Below are positions 62,681-64,000 of a stretch of DNA of 64,000 nucleotides, in pieces. A program made the translations under genes and the position numbers. Under the pieces are notes generated by a model that did not search any database, was not told the DNA's origin, and saw only the letters and a list, made by a program, of their open reading frames with translations. Each line of letters opens with the position of its first letter. The first letter of the stretch is position 1. Origin of the DNA: Camelus dromedarius (Eukaryota); contig NC_087436.1 of NCBI RefSeq assembly GCF_036321535.1, positions 19,904,001 to 19,968,000 on the forward strand, read 5' to 3'.

Positions 62681-63499
62681 TAATAATTTGTTTAAAATTA
62701 TCCAGTTGGTGAGTGGCAGCCCGGGAATTCAAACCCGGAGCTGCACAGTGCATTTTATCTCTTTCTACCCCATTACGCTGCCTCTGAAGTCAGATGATGT
62801 GTCCCCAACAGTGAGCAAAGGAGCACATCTCTCCAGTGTACCCCTCGTTGGCATTTGAAATACTACTGGTGGATTACCCTCGTATAGTTAGGAATGAAAA
62901 ACAGTCCTCTAAATAAGGTATTTCAAAGCAGTTACAGGACAGGGGTGGACTGGTTATTACTATAATTCTAATTGTGTCCTCTTCCAATCCTTTTCTTTCT
63001 TCTTCTCATACTTTGGTATCTGGTAAATCATAGTCACTTGGAATGTTTCTTTCAGTTGGAAAAGTTAAAGAGACAGTTAATGTTTCTTTTCAACAATTTT
63101 TAATGAATTGTCTGAGCTGGAGAAATAGTTTCACAGAACTGGGTAAAATCCTCCTGGTTAAATAAAACATGTAACGCTGAAGTGAGAGGTCTGGTCAGCA
63201 GTGCAAAAGAAAAAGTTCTCGACTGAGACTCAGGAGAACTCAGGTTTAGTCCTAGCCCAGTTTCCAGGAGAAAGAGAACAGAGAATCTTCAGGCTTCTTC
63301 CACCTTCCCTCTTTTTCAAAAGCTCTGCTGTCTGTAATGTCATTGTAACTTCAGCTCAAGTGACTATCTTCTTTGTGGAGCCAAAGCTATGTGCTGGTAC
63401 GGGGGGAAATCAGTCTAGCCTACTAGAAATTCTACCACCCCCACTAAAAGTTGAAGAAGGCACAAGTCTTCAAACATAATTTTTAAAGGACTCAGCATT

Positions 63500-63650
63500 T
63501 GGAGTGGCAGGGACTGGGGAGGGGACACAAGAAGGGCTTCTGGGAAGCGGGGATGGTACGTTTCTTGATCTGGCTGCTGGTTGAGTTTCACGCATGGGTA
63601 GTTTTGTGACAGTTCATCAAGCTGTGTACTTAACGACAATGTTTCTGTAT
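63500..63650 (+). mobile_element. Ancient L1ME-like 3' end
   Basis: agggcttctgggaagcggggatggtacgtttcttgatctggctgctggtt...gttcatcaagctgtgtactta. Confidence 0.6.
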
Positions 63651-64000
63651 CCATTAGGGCTAATTGGCTTACTCCCAAATGGGTGGGTCCGGATGCCACG
63701 TGGCCACCTCCAGGCCATCAGTACGAGTGCCCCTTCGCTTTAGAGACTATGAAAGTCATGATGATGATGGCAGTCTTTCCATCAGACAACTTTTAATTTA
63801 TAGGAACACTTCCATTTGTGGTGCAAACATATTGCCCTGAACTGAATGACATGTCGGTGGAGCTATCTGCTTCCTGTTGTGTTTCAAATTGGGAGACTCT
63901 TCTGCATGGCTTGTAGCATTTGTCTGATGAACTTGCAGTAGATGAGCTGTGTCGTCTGTCCAGCCATTTACGAGAGGGAGAAGTTTTCATTATTCTTTTC

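Noticed and set aside
63804..63913. Possible alternative terminal exon (GTLPFVVQTYCPEL...HGL*) in phase with exon D
   Set aside because: Weak AT-rich acceptor, no resemblance to the expected next ZNF827 exon, and a 37-codon open frame is chance-level.
1..64000. CRISPR array, operon, prophage or other prokaryotic system
   Set aside because: The sequence is mammalian intron and exon DNA, with no regularly spaced repeat-spacer array and no gene-dense region.

Overview
This is mammalian genomic DNA, not microbial. Seven copies of a tRNA-derived SINE resembling camelid vic-1 suggest alpaca, llama or camel. The whole window appears to lie inside one + strand gene that I recognise from its peptide as ZNF827. 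Four internal coding exons (14065-14298, 37635-37874, 40268-40325, 57106-57209) have canonical AG/GT borders and splice in frame (phases 1-1, 1-1, 1-2, 2-1). They encode the region between the N- and C-terminal zinc-finger clusters; no start, stop or zinc finger falls in the window. The remaining ~99% is intron rich in L1, SINE, MIR, L2, MaLR/ERVL LTR, hAT and Tigger relics plus microsatellites. Almost all listed ORFs are chance or repeat-derived. I see no convincing new multi-gene system. The best leads are: (1) two paralogous symmetric exons, each pairing a SUMO-consensus motif with a putative Sin3-type helix; (2) a young L1 with repeated template jumps inside one TSD; (3) a SINE carrying a Pol III read-through 3' transduction; (4) a MIR>L1>Tigger nest whose order can be read; (5) candidate microexons and cryptic splice sites; (6) a 54-nt hairpin and a homeobox-motif cluster. 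Repeat family names are from memory, and old-repeat boundaries are approximate.
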